Shown here: in pieces, positions 25,953 through 39,828 of the stretch
How the letters are laid out: each line of letters starts with the position of its first letter
Position numbering within the stretch: position 1 is the stretch's first letter
Assembly: GCA_001244265.2 (NCBI GenBank)
Contig: CDLV01000016.1
Location: 62,001-126,000, forward strand
Source of the DNA: Microbotryum violaceum
Lineage: Eukaryota
Reading direction: 5' to 3'
Length of the DNA stretch: 64,000 nt
The notes under the pieces: model-generated
What the model was told of the DNA's origin: nothing
The model's input: only the letters and a program-made list of their open reading frames with translations
The model's database searches: none
Program-made: the position numbers and the translations under genes

Positions 25953-28475
25953 ATGACGGGACCCGTCTCGCCTCACAAGCGTCCTTCACCACTTCCACCT
26001 GCGCGAGCTCAGTCGATGGCACCCGAAAGGGAGGTCGCGTCCCCGGCATCTATACGCGCTATCGAGGTCGTAGCACTGAATCCTGACCCCAAAGGCAAAG
26101 GCAAAAACAAGGCATTGGATCAGAACGAACCCTCGGTATCCCTCATGCGTCGACTTGCCGGTCCGAGCGATCAAAAGGCGGGCTTGTTACGCGACAAGGA
26201 CGAGGTCCGTGCTTCGAATGTCAAAACCACTCGACTTGCTTCGCAACTGCGCGCTGACCAATGCATGATCGGTGCTGTTATGCTTTCCAGGTTAAACAGA
26301 TCATCTACGAGGCTTCGAAAGGATCGGCGTACTTTAAGCAGCAAGAGAAGCGTGACGCCGAGCTGACGCTCAAGGTCGACGTCATGGTCTCCCGCCTCGA
26401 ACGAGAAATCAAGTCGCGACGAGGCAACCTCAGCGCCGAGGAAGCCTTGGCGGATGCCATGATCGCCGAGATGGAGAAAACGAGGGTCTTATCCGAAACG
26501 ATCGTCGTCGTCGATGCGGATGCGTTCTATGCGTCGTGTCATCAGAGGGAGGACCCTTCGTTAGCCGGCAAAGCCTTTGGTGTGGGCGGCGGTAGTGGAG
26601 GTGGGGTCCTGACGACGGCGTCATACGAGGCCAGACGGTATGGGTGTTCATCGGCGATGGCGGGTTTCGTAGCCAAGAAACTGTGCCCCCACATTCTCTT
26701 TGTCAAACCCGACTTTTCGCTCTACACCAAATGCTCGAAGGAGATTTTCTGCATCCTCGCCAAGTACGGTCAAATCTCGCCAGCCTCGCTCGACGAAGCT
26801 TGTACGTCACTACACAGGTGCGATCCGATATTCATTTTTAGGATTCATTCATCTTTATTTCGTTTCGCAGACTGCTCTTTGACGGACTATTGCGAACGCG
26901 AAAAGTGTTCGCCAGCCGAAGCAGCCGAACGAATGCGCGCCGAGATTCTCCAAGAAACGGGTCTTTCAGTCTCGGCCGGCGTCTCACCGAACGCGATGCT
27001 GTCCAAAGTCGCCGCCGACCGTAACAAGCCGAATGGTCAATGCGTTATCGCCCCTACGGCCGAAGCTTGCCGTGAATTCGCATCTTCGTTGATGATTCGT
27101 CAAGTTCCGGGCATTGGGAGGGTTTCCGAACGGGTGCTCCATGCGGTCGGGGTCCACACCGTGGCCGATGTCTACAGGGAACGAGGCAAACTGTTTCTGA
27201 TCCGGGAAAAGATTGGGCTAAACTTCCTCCTGAACGCCTACCTCGGCTTGGGTCGTACGGAAATCACGCACGCGAATCGCGAGGACCGTAAAGGGATCAG
27301 CGTCGAACGAACCTTTTCGGCCAGTGCCGACCTACCCAGTTTCTACGCCCGGTTGAAGAATATCGCCGATGCGTTGGCTGAAGATTGTCAAGAAGCCGAG
27401 TTTGCGGGGAGGACGATCACGCTCAAACTCAAGTATGATAATTACGATTTGATTTCCAGAGCGACGACGTTGGGACCTTCGATCTACACCGACGATGCGA
27501 GGACGTTGTATCGCGAGGGCAAGAGGTTGTTGGAGAAAGAGTTCGAAGGGTGGAAGAAAGAACGGGCTAAGGGGAACAAGACGAAAGGTGGGAACCGATT
27601 TGCTTTAAGGTTGATTGGGTTGAGGGTGTCAAATTTGAGGGATATGAGGGCGCTCAAGGAGGGGAAGGGGAAGATTGAGGATTGGGTTAGGCAGGGAAAG
27701 AGGAAGAGGCCTGAGGAGGGAGGGAAGCAAGCGGGTGGGAAGAGCCAAAAGACGAGCAAGTTATCGAACTATAGAGAAATTATTGGGATCGACCAAGAGA
27801 GCAAAATGGAAGACGACGAGGGCCATCAGGAGGATGTCCTGAAGATGGAGGAGGCGGAACCGGCCTCGTCGGACCCGCTGTGGGCGTCTTTTGACCACGA
27901 CTTGGACGAAAACGAAAGCGAAGGAGAAGAAGCGTTCCTCTCTGAGATTGACGCCTTGGCTTCGGAGTACGGCCCGGTCGATACGACATACAAGCCCTTT
28001 TACACGGCGGGGGAGAGTCTGAACTCGAAGAAGGAAGCCAAGAGGGAAGGCCCGGCGCCGGAGAAGGATCAGCTGCGTTTCGCCGAGAGGGAGGTCTTGG
28101 TTCTCAGTGATAGCGATGGTGAGGGCGAGGGTGGTGTGGACAGGTTGGAGGGAGAGGGGAAGAGGGGGAAGAAGCAGTTGAGCTGCCCGGTGTGCTTCAA
28201 GAGTTTTGCTGGGTCCGAGGTGGCGCTGTCGGCGCATGTCGCGAAGCACTTTGATGAGCGCCAACCGCCTAGTGGTGAGTTTGCTTGCGCCTTACGTTTC
28301 TCCTCTTCCGGGAAGCTGAAGATCATCCCCTCGAACGACGGACACAGGCAAGAAGCGAAAAGTGCGGAACGGAGCACAACAACAGGTAACCGCATCGAAG
28401 GTGGTCATACCGAGTAAAAAACCGACTGCTGCCGGTGGGGTCGCGGTGGCTGGCAAGCTTTTCAAGCGCAAGTAG
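25953..28475 (+). CDS. POLK: Y-family DNA polymerase kappa (DinB homolog)
   Basis: N-clasp LAGPSDQKAGL/VKQIIYEASKGSAYF, VVVDADAFYAS, LTTASYEARRYG, ASLDEA, KVAADRNKPNGQ, VPGIGRV, and a C-terminal UBZ-like CPVC...HVAKH. An in-frame upstream ATG at 25710 is an alternative start. Confidence 0.95.
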
Positions 28476-29072
28476 AATGAGGAAGCTGAAAATACCAGGC
28501 ACTGGCCTAGCGTACGGTCGTTTCAATCTTAGATGCTTCACTCTTGGATAAGGAACGAAATACTCGATGTTGTTACTCGAGCGGTAGTTTATTGGATGAA
28601 TAGTCGGTGGGTTCTTGACCCGGCCCGGCACGGCCTTCATATAGTCCTTTTCGCGCAATGCCCCAGCTGCCGCCGGTCTTTGCAGCGCTGCTTGTCCCTC
28701 CACCTCCCAGGTCGCGCCCCAACTCTCGGACCGAGCCGCACGGCCGCGCCAGGAACAAGTCTCTACCTCCAAGACGGGTCGATCCCAGGAGACCACGCGT
28801 AGGACTCGCTGGTGGTCACTGCTGTCGTCGGTCGACGCGATTGGACGCGGTTGTGAGGGCGTGACTGCACTCGTCGCTCGGAGCCTCGCCCTGCACCGCT
28901 GCAGCTCTCGCACTCACGCGACCCAGCCAGCACACGACTGCCGACTCGACCCCAGCGCACGATGCAACGTTAGCGAGCAGGCTGGAACGACCGTTTCGTT
29001 GCCCCCGACGCCACGTCAACGTCGGTGTGGCGCACTAATCGGCACGCTCTCGAACCTGACAGCTCGTTCGGA

Positions 29073-32000
29073 ATGGATCCTCCTGCTGCTGCTTCGTCGG
29101 CGTCGTACGCGGACAACGACCGGGAGCGCCATTCGGAGCTCGACGGCAAAGCAGCAGCGGCAGCGGCAGCGGCAGCGGCAGCTCAGTCGAGCCCGGCCAG
29201 CAGCAGCACACCGAAGATCACTACAGCCTTCCTTCCCCACCCACCAATGCAACCGCAACTGACGTGGGAGAGTCCACACAGTCAACCTAGAGCCAGTCCT
29301 TTGATGGGATCACAGCCGTTCGCCTCCTTCCGCACGCTCGTGAACAAGGACGGCTCATTACCCCGGAACGACTGGGCATCAATGAACCCGGGCAACCCAG
29401 CCGCCTCCCTGGCTTCGATACCGGCCCGGCTGCTCCAAGTCGAAGGATTGCACGAGGGCAAACTCGCGTTCGAAGGCGTCTTTCTCAATGCCATGTGCTC
29501 CCTCAAGCGATTGACCTTGCGCAACATTAGTGGGGGCGCTCTCATCGTTCGTCTCGGCTCAACCGTCGGCGATCAGCTACGGTGGCAATTACGCAACGAC
29601 AATCTCAAATCTTTGCGTGCGTAATCTAGAGCAATCCAGAAAAAAAAAAGACTGCAACTCCGAGTTGACACAAGTCCCCTTTTTGCAGCCGTGGAGCAGC
29701 AACGTTTGCCGACCAACACCGTCGCGGCTTTGTCGTGCTCGAACGAGATTCCCGAGTTCAATGCCATGTTCGACGCCGTAGGACTCATCTCGGAAATCAC
29801 GATGCTGCCTAACGAGACCAAGAACATCATCGCCGTCTTCCGACCCGACTCGACTCATTTCCAACCTTCGGTTGTCAACTTTGAGCCGCCGCCCCAATCC
29901 AAGCTGACCAACGACTCGTACTCGGAGCAAGGGCTTTCATCTATCTCGATCGCCGAGTCCAGTCTATCTTCGACAAGCGCACTTGTCGACCACTCCACTG
30001 CGTCGACCTTCAACCTCGCTGTCATTGACGGGTACGTCAACTTTGATGCGTCCTTGCTGCCCAAGGAGCAAAAAGACGACAGAGCCGACTCGTCGAACGC
30101 GGCCGCCGTCTCGGCTGTCGCGGTGCAGCAAGTTTCGATCAAGTTCCATGCGACCTGTTGCCGCTCGCGCTTTCGCGTCGCCACCAAAGACGTCGGTGGT
30201 GGCTCTCATCTTTCTGACGATGAGGTGTACGTCGACTTTGGCGCCTGTCGGGTCGGTGAGCTGCAGACGCGCGAATGCGAGCTGTCGAATCGCTCAGCCG
30301 TCGAGCTATTTTGGCGCATTGAGAACAGCACGCAAAACTTCCAAGTCGAAGACATCGAGATGGGCCAATGGATCGGACAGGATGACATCGCCAAGGTCCC
30401 ACCATTTTCTAACAAGCGTCTGCGCATCCACTTGCGACCCCACGAACCGCACGAGATCGACGCCGAAATGACGTTCGAGAACATTGCCGACCCTGACAAC
30501 ACGGTGGTGTGCCATTTCCATGGCACCGTCACCTCTGCGCCGCTCGATAATTCTTTGCGACTCGTTTCAGGGACATCCCTGGACTTTGGGGATTTGTGCG
30601 CCGGGACGTGGTCGCAGCAGACGTTTGCGTTTACCAATACGTCTGATGCACCCCTCGAGGTCACCTTCAGCGCGGACAAAGGGTATGAAGTCACCTTCCG
30701 ACTCGAAGGCGCCGCTGCGTGTGAAGACACGAGCACGCCCTTGCTCCTCGACCATTCGGCAATCGGTGCCAATGCCGTCGAACCCGTCTCAGCCGCCAAC
30801 TCTGCGGAGCTCGCCTCTTCCGGTCATGCGGGTCCTGCTGTGTCGCGTACGATCATCCACGAGTTGGCGCGAAGCACGACGTCTTCCGCTTCGCTGTCCA
30901 AGTCCCCGCCTCCGGTCGCCACAGCGAAGCACTCATCCCTTAACGCCTTGTTCGGAAATCGGTCAACGCGATCGAATCGGTCGGATCACACTTTTGCCTC
31001 TTCGGGACCGTCGTCGGACGTCTTCGCCGATTCCCAAGTTTCTAGCTCGGAAGGGTCGGTCGCTCGTGCATTTTCGCCACAACCATTGCGAGAGTTTCAC
31101 TCCCCGCTGAGGCTCAACACGAGCTTGTTCTCGAACATGGCGTCGGGGAGCTTGGACAGTGCCCTGCCACCTCACAGCAACCTAGACTCGGCCCTCGAGG
31201 ATCCACCCAGACCCACGACCGTTCGAGCCGATCTAGCCGAAAGAGGCGTCTTCCGCGTGCAAGACCGCCTCAAGGTGCTCGAGCAAAGGCTCAAAGCCAG
31301 CGTTGACCAAATGCACGCTAAACCGGGTGTCGTCCATCGCATCGTCGTCTCGTTCCGGCCCACACGCGCGACGTCATTCGACGATGACGGAGGTCGCTTG
31401 CACAAAACTACGTTCCGAGTCCATGTCGGGTGGAGACCCTGGGGTGCTCGTGGCGCCGCAGCTTCAGTACCGAAGGAGAGGCTTTCAATCAATTGCAAGG
31501 CCAGGGTGTGCTCGTCGTTCATTGCAATCCGACCGGCGACGATCGACCTTGGCGATGTCGAGTTGGGCTCGAGTGCTCAGGGGACGTTAACGATCACAAA
31601 TCTGTCCGAGATCCCGGCAAGGGTTGATTTGCGATTCATCTCAAAGGTACGTGAGCGAGATCTCTACTGGCCCTTATGCACGCGCTGACGGCTTTCTCCT
31701 CCTTGCTCTCTTGTGTTCAGGTTTTGAGTGCCTACCGTGACGAAATCGAGATAGGTGTCGGCAAATCGGTTGACCTCAAACTCGACATGGTCCCACGGCG
31801 CACGAATGCGTCGTACCAAAAGCAGGTATCGGTTCACAACCTGCTCAACCCCGAAAATTCCCAGGTCTGCCTTGTCAAAGCTTCAAACGTCGATACCCGG
31901 GGTGTCGCATTCCACTCGTTGTTCTACCGTTTGCTCACTTCCACGGGCGGGAACTTTATCGAGTTTGGGAACGCGCCTATCAATTCGTCCTCTTTGCGAG

Positions 32001-34368
32001 CATTCACCATTCAGAACACTTCGGACTCAACTTTGGCGCTCGGACTTGCGGCTTCGTATCCTGACGATTACTCTTTGTACGTTCGGCGAGGCGAGGGGAT
32101 GCCGAAGGAGCCCGCCTCAGAGTCATCGCTTGCTTCCGTTCCGTCGTCGCCTACCAATTCTGCTCAAAATCCGACAATCCTGAATGGGTCCCCCAACTGC
32201 GAAGCAACTTCCAAAGGGCCGTCGACGACGACCGTCGGCCCACGTGCACCTTCGTCCAACTCATCTAGCGGTGCGTCCAAGAAAGCCGAGATCGACTCGC
32301 ACATCGTCCAGCTCAAAGAAGGCGACAAGGGCAAAGCGACACAACAGTATGGGCAAAGTGTCGGCTTCAAGGATCGCTCTCTTCTCGCCGATGCGGAGTA
32401 TCTCGATCTTGCGGCTGGACCCCCTTCGATCCGGAAGGGGTCACCGAGGACGAAGCGCAAAGTGCATGAAGGGCCCAAGGATCGCTCGCAGTCCAAAAGC
32501 CGATTGACGAGACTTGTCTTCCCACCTCGCGCCGCGGCGACGAGCAAGACCCCTCAGTCCGTCGCTGAGGAAGGATCGACGAGGGGTGGCTTATCGTTGG
32601 CGAACTCGCCAAATTTAGCTGCCTTTGAAGCTTTCGAAGCGACCACCCCGGGTAGGAGGAAAAGCGGTCAGAGATCGGATGCTTCGACCGCATTAGGATC
32701 GACGAATTCGCCCGCATTGACGGGGAGAAGAAGAACGCGCAAGATCGTGCCCCTCTTGACCGACCCGAACCAGTTGTCTCTCGACGAAGCGTTGAGTGCA
32801 TTGGAACATCATTCGGGTCATCCTGACTCGGCCGAGTTGAGTACATGGGAGTTGGAGGACGCCTATGTCAGACGGTATGTCGCGCTCAAGAAGGTGTTGA
32901 AGAATGCAATTGCCTCGGGCGACTTGATCAAGGTCTCGGCGTTGGAAGTGGCTAAAGGGAGCGAAAAGACCGTTTATGTAAGTCTGGGTCGATTCGCATG
33001 CGCTCATCTGGTGACGCAGAGTCTGATGATGGACTGTGCCCGTCACAACAGATCGTTCTTCATCCGACTGGTGGTCGCTCAAACATCCAAGGGTCTTCGC
33101 GCAAGCAAGACGGAAAGATCACCATCAACCTCGTCAAGGTCGCGACGAGCGACGTCGATGCGAACCTGCTCCCTTCCCGTCTCCCCTTGACCGAAGTTCC
33201 CGTGCGCGAGGTCGTTCTCCGATGGACAACATGTCGCTCCACGATGGATCTCGCCATGTCGCACATCAACTTTGGTCAACTCGAACGCTCGGCATCAAAG
33301 ACCAAGAAGGTGATCATCGCCAACAACTCTGCACAACCTCTGCTGTACGCCGTGCGCAAATCGGGATCGATTGCGTCGGGGGATCTGCGAGTCAGTGAGG
33401 GACGACATGGTGTGATTTCCGGGTACGGCAAGCGGGACGTCTCGATCGTTTTTGAGCCGCATTTCGCTGGCGCTTTCGAGGAAACGATTCACGTCGACAA
33501 CGTCGAGGACGAGACGGACAGTCAAACCATCCGCGTCAAGGCCTTCATTCTCCGCCCTCCGACGTTCGCCGTTTCGACGACGACGTTGGACTTTGGTAAA
33601 TGCGCGTTGCACTCGATCTCGGATCCTCTCAAGATCTCCATCACCAACGTCAGTAAGAATCAAAGGACCTTCACCGTCTCGTTGGACTCGAACGATTTTT
33701 ACTTTCGCAAAGCCGCGCTAGATGTCGTTCTCGACGTCTCGCAGACGACTTCGAAAGTAAGGGGACCGTTGACGGTCGAAGAGGAGGAAGAGGTCGAAGG
33801 GGTGTTGCAGAAGCTGAAGATCAGTCGAAGGAAGGGGCAACCGGAGAAGGAGCAAAAGTACATCGAGCGATTGAAGCTGCTCGGTGTGGGGATCCCACCG
33901 AACGAAGCTGGTGCGACCGCGGCGCCAACGACGACATCGACTGGGCCCTCTACCGCGACCACACCTGGTGAGGAAGTGACCGAGGGAGCTCTCGTTCGTA
34001 TGGCGTCTGTCGTTGGCGCGCCCGACGAGACCCGAACCCAGCCTTCAGTCACTGCAACCGCTTTGGACTCGGCTATCGTTGCCGTCGCCAACACCCCCGC
34101 AACGAACGGCAAAATTACCGATGTACCCGCCTCTTCCTTTGGCAAGAACAAAAAGGTCCTCTCCGAATCCCACTCGTCTTCTTCATCCGTTTCCTTCACG
34201 CTCGAACCTTCGTCACAGAGGGAGCTCGCAATCGTCATCATACCCCGACCGGTCCTACCGACGCTCGAAGACGGTCAACAGTTTGAAGAGATCTCGGCGC
34301 CGATCAGAGTGGCCGAGAATGCCGATTCCAGTACGATCGTACACCTTCTCGCCAAAATCGTTCTTTGA
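29073..34368 (+). CDS. Large uncharacterised protein with ~7 ASH/PapD-like Ig-fold repeats
   Basis: Four long exons (ORFs 29025, 29691, 31676, 32998) joined by GT-AG introns. Recurrent motif hDFG-x13-15-h-x-N-x-S, e.g. VDFGACRVGELQTRECELSNRS, LDFGDLCAGTWSQQTFAFTNTS, IDLGDVELGSSAQGTLTITNLS, INFGQLERSASKTKKVIIANNS. Confidence 0.8.
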
Positions 34369-34677
34369 TCCCTTCCGAAATTTCTCCTTCCATTCTCTGA
34401 TACCCATCACTCCGTTTCGCAACGCAGCGTGTAATTTTATGTGTGTGGTAGATGTCGCTCTAGCAGTCCAACCTTCGCTCCCCACTCTTTCGTCCAGAAA
34501 CACCGGCCCATTCTCTCACTCCTGTTTCGTACTACTACCTGCAAGTCAAAAATTTCAGATAACCACTTGCACGCCAACGATTTCAGAAGCATGAGAGCAC
34601 GCTCCGAGATCCGGGAACAGCTTTGGTGATGCGAGTTTTTTGGGGTATTGCATAAAGGGCCACGATGCCTCCTCGCT

Positions 34678-36143
34678 CTAAAAAAGGCCGTATTTGGCGG
34701 GGCGGCCAGCATATGTATCGATCTTGGGAGGTCGGGCAAATCGTGGTGGCTCGGCACCTGACCAAGGGAGGGAAAAAAGAAAAAGGAGCCCGAGTCAGTT
34801 CCACTCATCAAGCTCACCCGACCACATCTCACCGTCAACCGACCCAGAATCTCCCTGTAGATCGCCGAAACGTCCTCGTCCCATTTCTGCCTGAAGAAGC
34901 TCATCCCACTCGCAGTCAAGTCGTTCTGTCGCATGAAGTCGCGCACAGAGAAATCGGTCCGTTCGACGGCTTCGGGTGCGAGACCAAATTCTTGCTTTTG
35001 CTCGAGGAGGACAAGTGTGTATCGATGGTAGGGTGTGCCTTGTTGGGGGTGGGGCGGGAGGTAAGGGATGAGAGCGGGGGAGGAGGAGAGGTCGGATTTG
35101 CTGGAGGATAAGGGGATGTTGGGGCTGAAAAGGGAGTCGGGAGAAGAGATCAGGTCCGAGGCAAGTCCCTGGCCTGTGCGCGAGCTCTAGACTTACACGA
35201 GCCAGTGGAGAGTGGTGGTAAATGTTTTGTGCAGTTGATCGGGGACATCTGTTGGGGGCGGTAAAAGACTTTCCGTCACTCGCTGAAGCGATTGCCGAAG
35301 AAGGTTGCCGGCACAACTAACCAGGATCGACCATCAAAAGTGTGTAAAGTCGCTCGTCGGGGTGGAAGACCTGTGCCGAGACTTTGAAAGGTTCTCGTGT
35401 CTGTAGGAAGCTGGCGTCAATGAACGTGGTCTGCAGACTAATCCTCGAGCGTCCTCCCCGTCGACTGACCTGACGCGGGAGGGTGAATACGCCCGGTTGC
35501 AATGGCTCTTGGCTGTGCTGTGCGACGCTAATCTGCACGTCGAGCACGGGATCAAACTCGGGCAGTACGTCGGGTACGAGTGACATCTGGGTGACGCGTT
35601 GCATCTAGGGTATCCGCGTCCGGCGGGAAAGAGAAGGCGAGTGTGAGCTTGAGATTGCGAAGTGGTGCGAGCGGGCAATCCAACTGACGAGTATCGCCAA
35701 TGCGCCTTCTCTCCTCCACTTGATTTCAGCGAGATGCCTGTACACGGCCTTGGTGGGATCGCCTGTGGCCATAGGAATGCTATGGTCAGTAACGTGGGTG
35801 CAGTGTGTGAGCATAGACCCACAGAACAGATGAATAACTGACCGTGGCCGTGCTTGGCCCTCCACCTCGTCTCGGGATCGTTGACCCATGCCTCGACCTC
35901 AAGCTTGTCCAGCACGCTCTGCTCGACATCGCCCTGCGTTCTGAGCTTGGCCAGTCGCTGCAGCTTGTCGTCGCGGTCAGCCTGCAGCAGTTTGAGCGCT
36001 TCGTCGTACGCGGGCAGCCGACCGGCCGCGATCGGCGCCTTGTACGATGCCCCATCCGGGCCTGGGGAGCGGCATGAGCAGCACGAGGAGAAAGTCCTCC
36101 AGCTCAGGTTGGCCGTGTGTCGGGTGGCGCGCAGCAACGTCAT
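34678..36143 (-). CDS. MRPL35: Mitochondrial large ribosomal subunit protein mL38 (PEBP-like)
   Basis: Arg/Ser-rich presequence, LPAYDEALKLL, VNDPETRW, AVYRHLA, MQRVTQMSLVPDVLP, LYTLLMVDPDVPD, YLPPHPQQGTPYHRY, FFRQKWDEDVS. Confidence 0.9.
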
Positions 36144-36431
36144 ATTTGGTGGTCGGGTCGGGTATGGCAGGAAGCGAGGAGCGAGGAGAGCTCGGCGCGC
36201 GAAGGGGAAAAAGGGGCGCCGTGGACTTGTTTACTAATGTGTGATTCGGACCAACCTAATAGCTTATTGATCAATATTGCCGTGTGGTACTTCCCAAGCC
36301 AAGACTCGCAGACTAAAGGTACGCATTGAAAAACGAGTGGGGACACATAAAACATATATAGCCTCTGCGCCTCTCTGCCGGCGCAAAACACCCTCCTCAG
36401 GGGCTCGACCCCCGCCGGGCCTCAATCCGTA

Positions 36432-38574
36432 CTACGCACTCGTCACTCCCTTAGCGTTCCACTGATCGATCCAATAGCCCACAAACTTGATTTCTTCGGC
36501 ATGGATCTCACGAATGATCTTGGGTTCCCCCTTGGGTCTTCCATTCTCATCCCAGTGGTGGACCTGGCCAAGAGAAAGCTCAGCGCGAGTCAGTAATTCA
36601 CGCCGGTCGCACCAATTTTTCTTTAGAAGCCTCAAGCGGTATCACTGACCCCACCCTCGATCAGCTTGTAGGGACCCGAAAGCGTATCCGGGCGCTTCTT
36701 GGCATGAGGTGAGTGTCGCGTCGCGTAGAGCCAAGCTGAACACGGAACGAGCCCGAAAATTAGCTTGGGCCGCCTCCGTTCACCAGAAAGAAAAACCCCT
36801 CAACGCATCCACTCACGATCCTCGGACCCATCAATGATCGCCAACCTCGAGCCTTGCATAGCGAACCCTCCATACTCTTCGATACGTTTGATCTGCGGCG
36901 TCTTGGGCATCGACACCAGTTTGCCAGGAGGGAACGCCAGGTGGCAGACCTCGCTCACAAACTTGAGGTTGATGCGCTTCGAAACCAAGCGACGGTTCGC
37001 GTTCGGTGAGGACTAGGGTGGGAGATACGCAAGATTCAGGAAATGAACTGCAACTCTTTCCTTCTGAACGCGAGAGAAAGCAACGTCACGCACCGTGACG
37101 AAGAGTCCATACTCGGTGCAATACTGCCAGGCCCATGACCTCCACGAAGCTTGGTCCAAGCCGGTCGCGTTCCAACCACTGCTTCGCGAGAAGCAATCGT
37201 TCTGACTCACGCCTACAGGGCAACTGCTTGCCACCTGAGTGCGAATGTAGCGTGCATACTTGGCCAGGTCGTCAAGCTCGGTCGCACTGGCCCACGTGAT
37301 CTTCTTGATCTGGGGTTGTAACACCGCCGCTTGCCCAGGCAAGATCGGCTCGTATTCCGAACTCGTCAAGGCGTTACAGAAAATATCGAAATCGTTGATC
37401 CCCACGGCAGGGTCCCAGTTACGTTCCTGCCAACTCCCGAGAGGGAGCGCGAGCGTGCTGACGAAGTCGTCCGAGCGCGTTACATTAGGCAGACCGAATA
37501 GGCCCTTGAGTGTCGAGGTGACGGTGTAATCGTTGAGGTCAAGCAGTTGGTCAATGATGTTTGTGTGGGTGATCAAAAGCTTCATGCACTCTTGCGGAGC
37601 CGACTTGCGAATCGGCTCGTAGTACTCGTGGAAGTTGATGATGGGTTGAATGACCTGTCTCGTAAGGCAAGATTCAGAAGAGTAGAAGCAGAGGATCGGA
37701 TAAGTAGTGAGGACTCACGCCGGATGAGGCGATTCCGCCCCAGAACGTGCTGGGTACTTCCTCCTCGCGAACGCCGCTTTAGCACCGGCATAAGATCCGC
37801 CGTAGTAGATCCAGGGCGAGAGGTTGTATGAAAATTCCGCGACGCCGGGAAGCTTGACGTTAAGCTTAAATTTTTTCGCATCGAGCAGCGACTGCTCGGT
37901 CGAAAGGAAACGCATCGAGTCCGTGGTCAGATTCTGAACGGGGAAGGATTCGCCATAGTAGCGATGTTCGAGGATGATTCTGTGAGAAAAGATCAGATGA
38001 TTAGATGTAATGATTTGGACTTCTTGTTCGAGAAGCGCAACGGCTCACCCGATACCGTTGTGCGCCTTGCTCAGGATCTCGAGAATCCCCTGTCGCCAGA
38101 AGGGGAAACGTTCCTTGCCGTTGGTTTCACCGGCATCGAGCAAAAAAACGGGTCCCCCACGCTTGTCTATACCCAAGTTACTTTCATTAATGCGATCAGA
38201 AAAGTGTTGTATTTAAAATCTAGTCAAGAGTCGCCGGCAAACTTACAGTGCTTGGCGTTCATCCAGTAGCGCTGCTTGAACGTCTGGCCTTTGACCGGCG
38301 CAGGCACGCTGTCGAGGTGCGAGACAAGTTGATCGAACGTGTACGCTTGGTATTCGGGCTCGTCCCTCGGGGCCAAGCGTACGGCCACATCACGCGAGAC
38401 GATAAAAGGGGACTGGTGTGTCGTGATCTGGGCTTGTTCAGCCCGTCGAACGTGTTGGAAGAGTTGCACGGGCACGCGCGGCGCGCGGAGCAGCGTGCGG
38501 CTCGTCAAACCGGCAAACGCGCTCGACGCGTACAATGCGACCAAGACGAGGAGCGAAAAGAGCGTCTGATGCAT
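36432..38574 (-). pseudogene. Secreted serine peptidase family S28, copy 1 (apparent 1-nt frameshift)
   Basis: Signal peptide MHQTLFSLLVLVALYASSAFA, TFKQRYW, ILEHRYYGESFP, MRFLSTEQSLLD, YYGGSYAG, RSWAWQYCTEYG, VHHWD. The frame breaks between KYP and FWGGIASSG near 37750. Confidence 0.8.
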
Positions 38575-39828
38575 CCGAGGACCTTGAAATCGGGATACCA
38601 TGGTTGGGACCAAGAAATATGGTAGGAACATAAGAAGAGATGGTCAAGAAGAGAAAGCTCATCTGAAACCCAGCTAGTCGCGTTGTTCGAGGAGTGGTGA
38701 CTCAGTGGTCACTTTTTTAGGTCTTTTTGCCGGGAAGCCCGACGACTCGTATCCCACATGGGGCCATTTCTGCTGTCGGTCGCGGCACCGTTCCCGCCGG
38801 ACCTATTGGGGTCAGTTGAGACCCGCTAGAGACTTATAAATCGCTCGGTGGTAGTCGGTATCGACTTGGTAGTCAATGGTTTCGTGGTGTGTGGTGCGGT
38901 GTGTCGTGAGAACAGATGATTGTGGGTGACTCAACGGAGACGACTCACTCGGACGCGGTCTGGGCGATCTGAGCTTGTTTAGCATGACTTGCATGATTCA
39001 GGCCGAGCAGGCTTGGCACGTGCTACGACTCGCTCTAGCGCAGCTTCAGTAGTAACTGATAGCAAAAACCTTTTGCACTTTGCAGGAAACAAATACATAA
39101 CGAAGAAAGTCGTTTGCACGAAAGGCGTTGCAAGAACTTAAGCCGTTTGCATAAAGTGAGGTATTGTGATACGCGGGCCCCCGTTGTATTCGTCGTTCCA
39201 AATTGTCAAGGCCAACAGTAATTGTAGTGGCAGCAACGAGTCACTTCCGCTGATCGACGAGGTTAGCGGCAGCAGCAGCATCAATTGGATTAGCGCCTCG
39301 ACGATGACTCACCTCGGGCGATCGCAAAGCCAACGACAATGCACGTGGCAGAAATACCCAGGAAAGACCGGGCCGGATGGGAGGAAGGAAGCTAGTATTT
39401 GGGCTCTCGGGAGGGAGGATTCGCTAAGGACTGCCGGACTGCCCACGGGCTCTTACGGGAGCAAGGAACTAGCAAGGAGGCTAAAGAGGACTCCTCACGG
39501 GAGGAAAAAGAGGCGATTATGAACGGGCCTTCCCTTTTGCACCGCGAAGACGAAATCGACGAGCAAGGGTGGGAAAAGACTCGGACGGAAGACCGGGACG
39601 GACGACGGAGCAGCGGGAAGGCCGGGAGAGAAGCGGATGAGGCGGCGAAGACGAATGAAGGGAGCGCAGCGGTCTGCAGCGGTTTGAACGACCAGGACGG
39701 TTCGTGTAAGGTTTGCGCCTCTGATGTGCATAAAATACAATCTGTCGTTCTTGACCACTAGACTAAAAGCAAGTCGTAACTAGAACTCGGCAGTTCTAGC
39801 TACTCAGAGGCTACTTATAGGGCTGTTC

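Noticed and set aside
29855..34241. Long antisense and alternate-frame ORFs overlapping the real genes, here and throughout the ORF track
   Set aside because: Expected shadows of GC-rich codon usage; no independent motifs.
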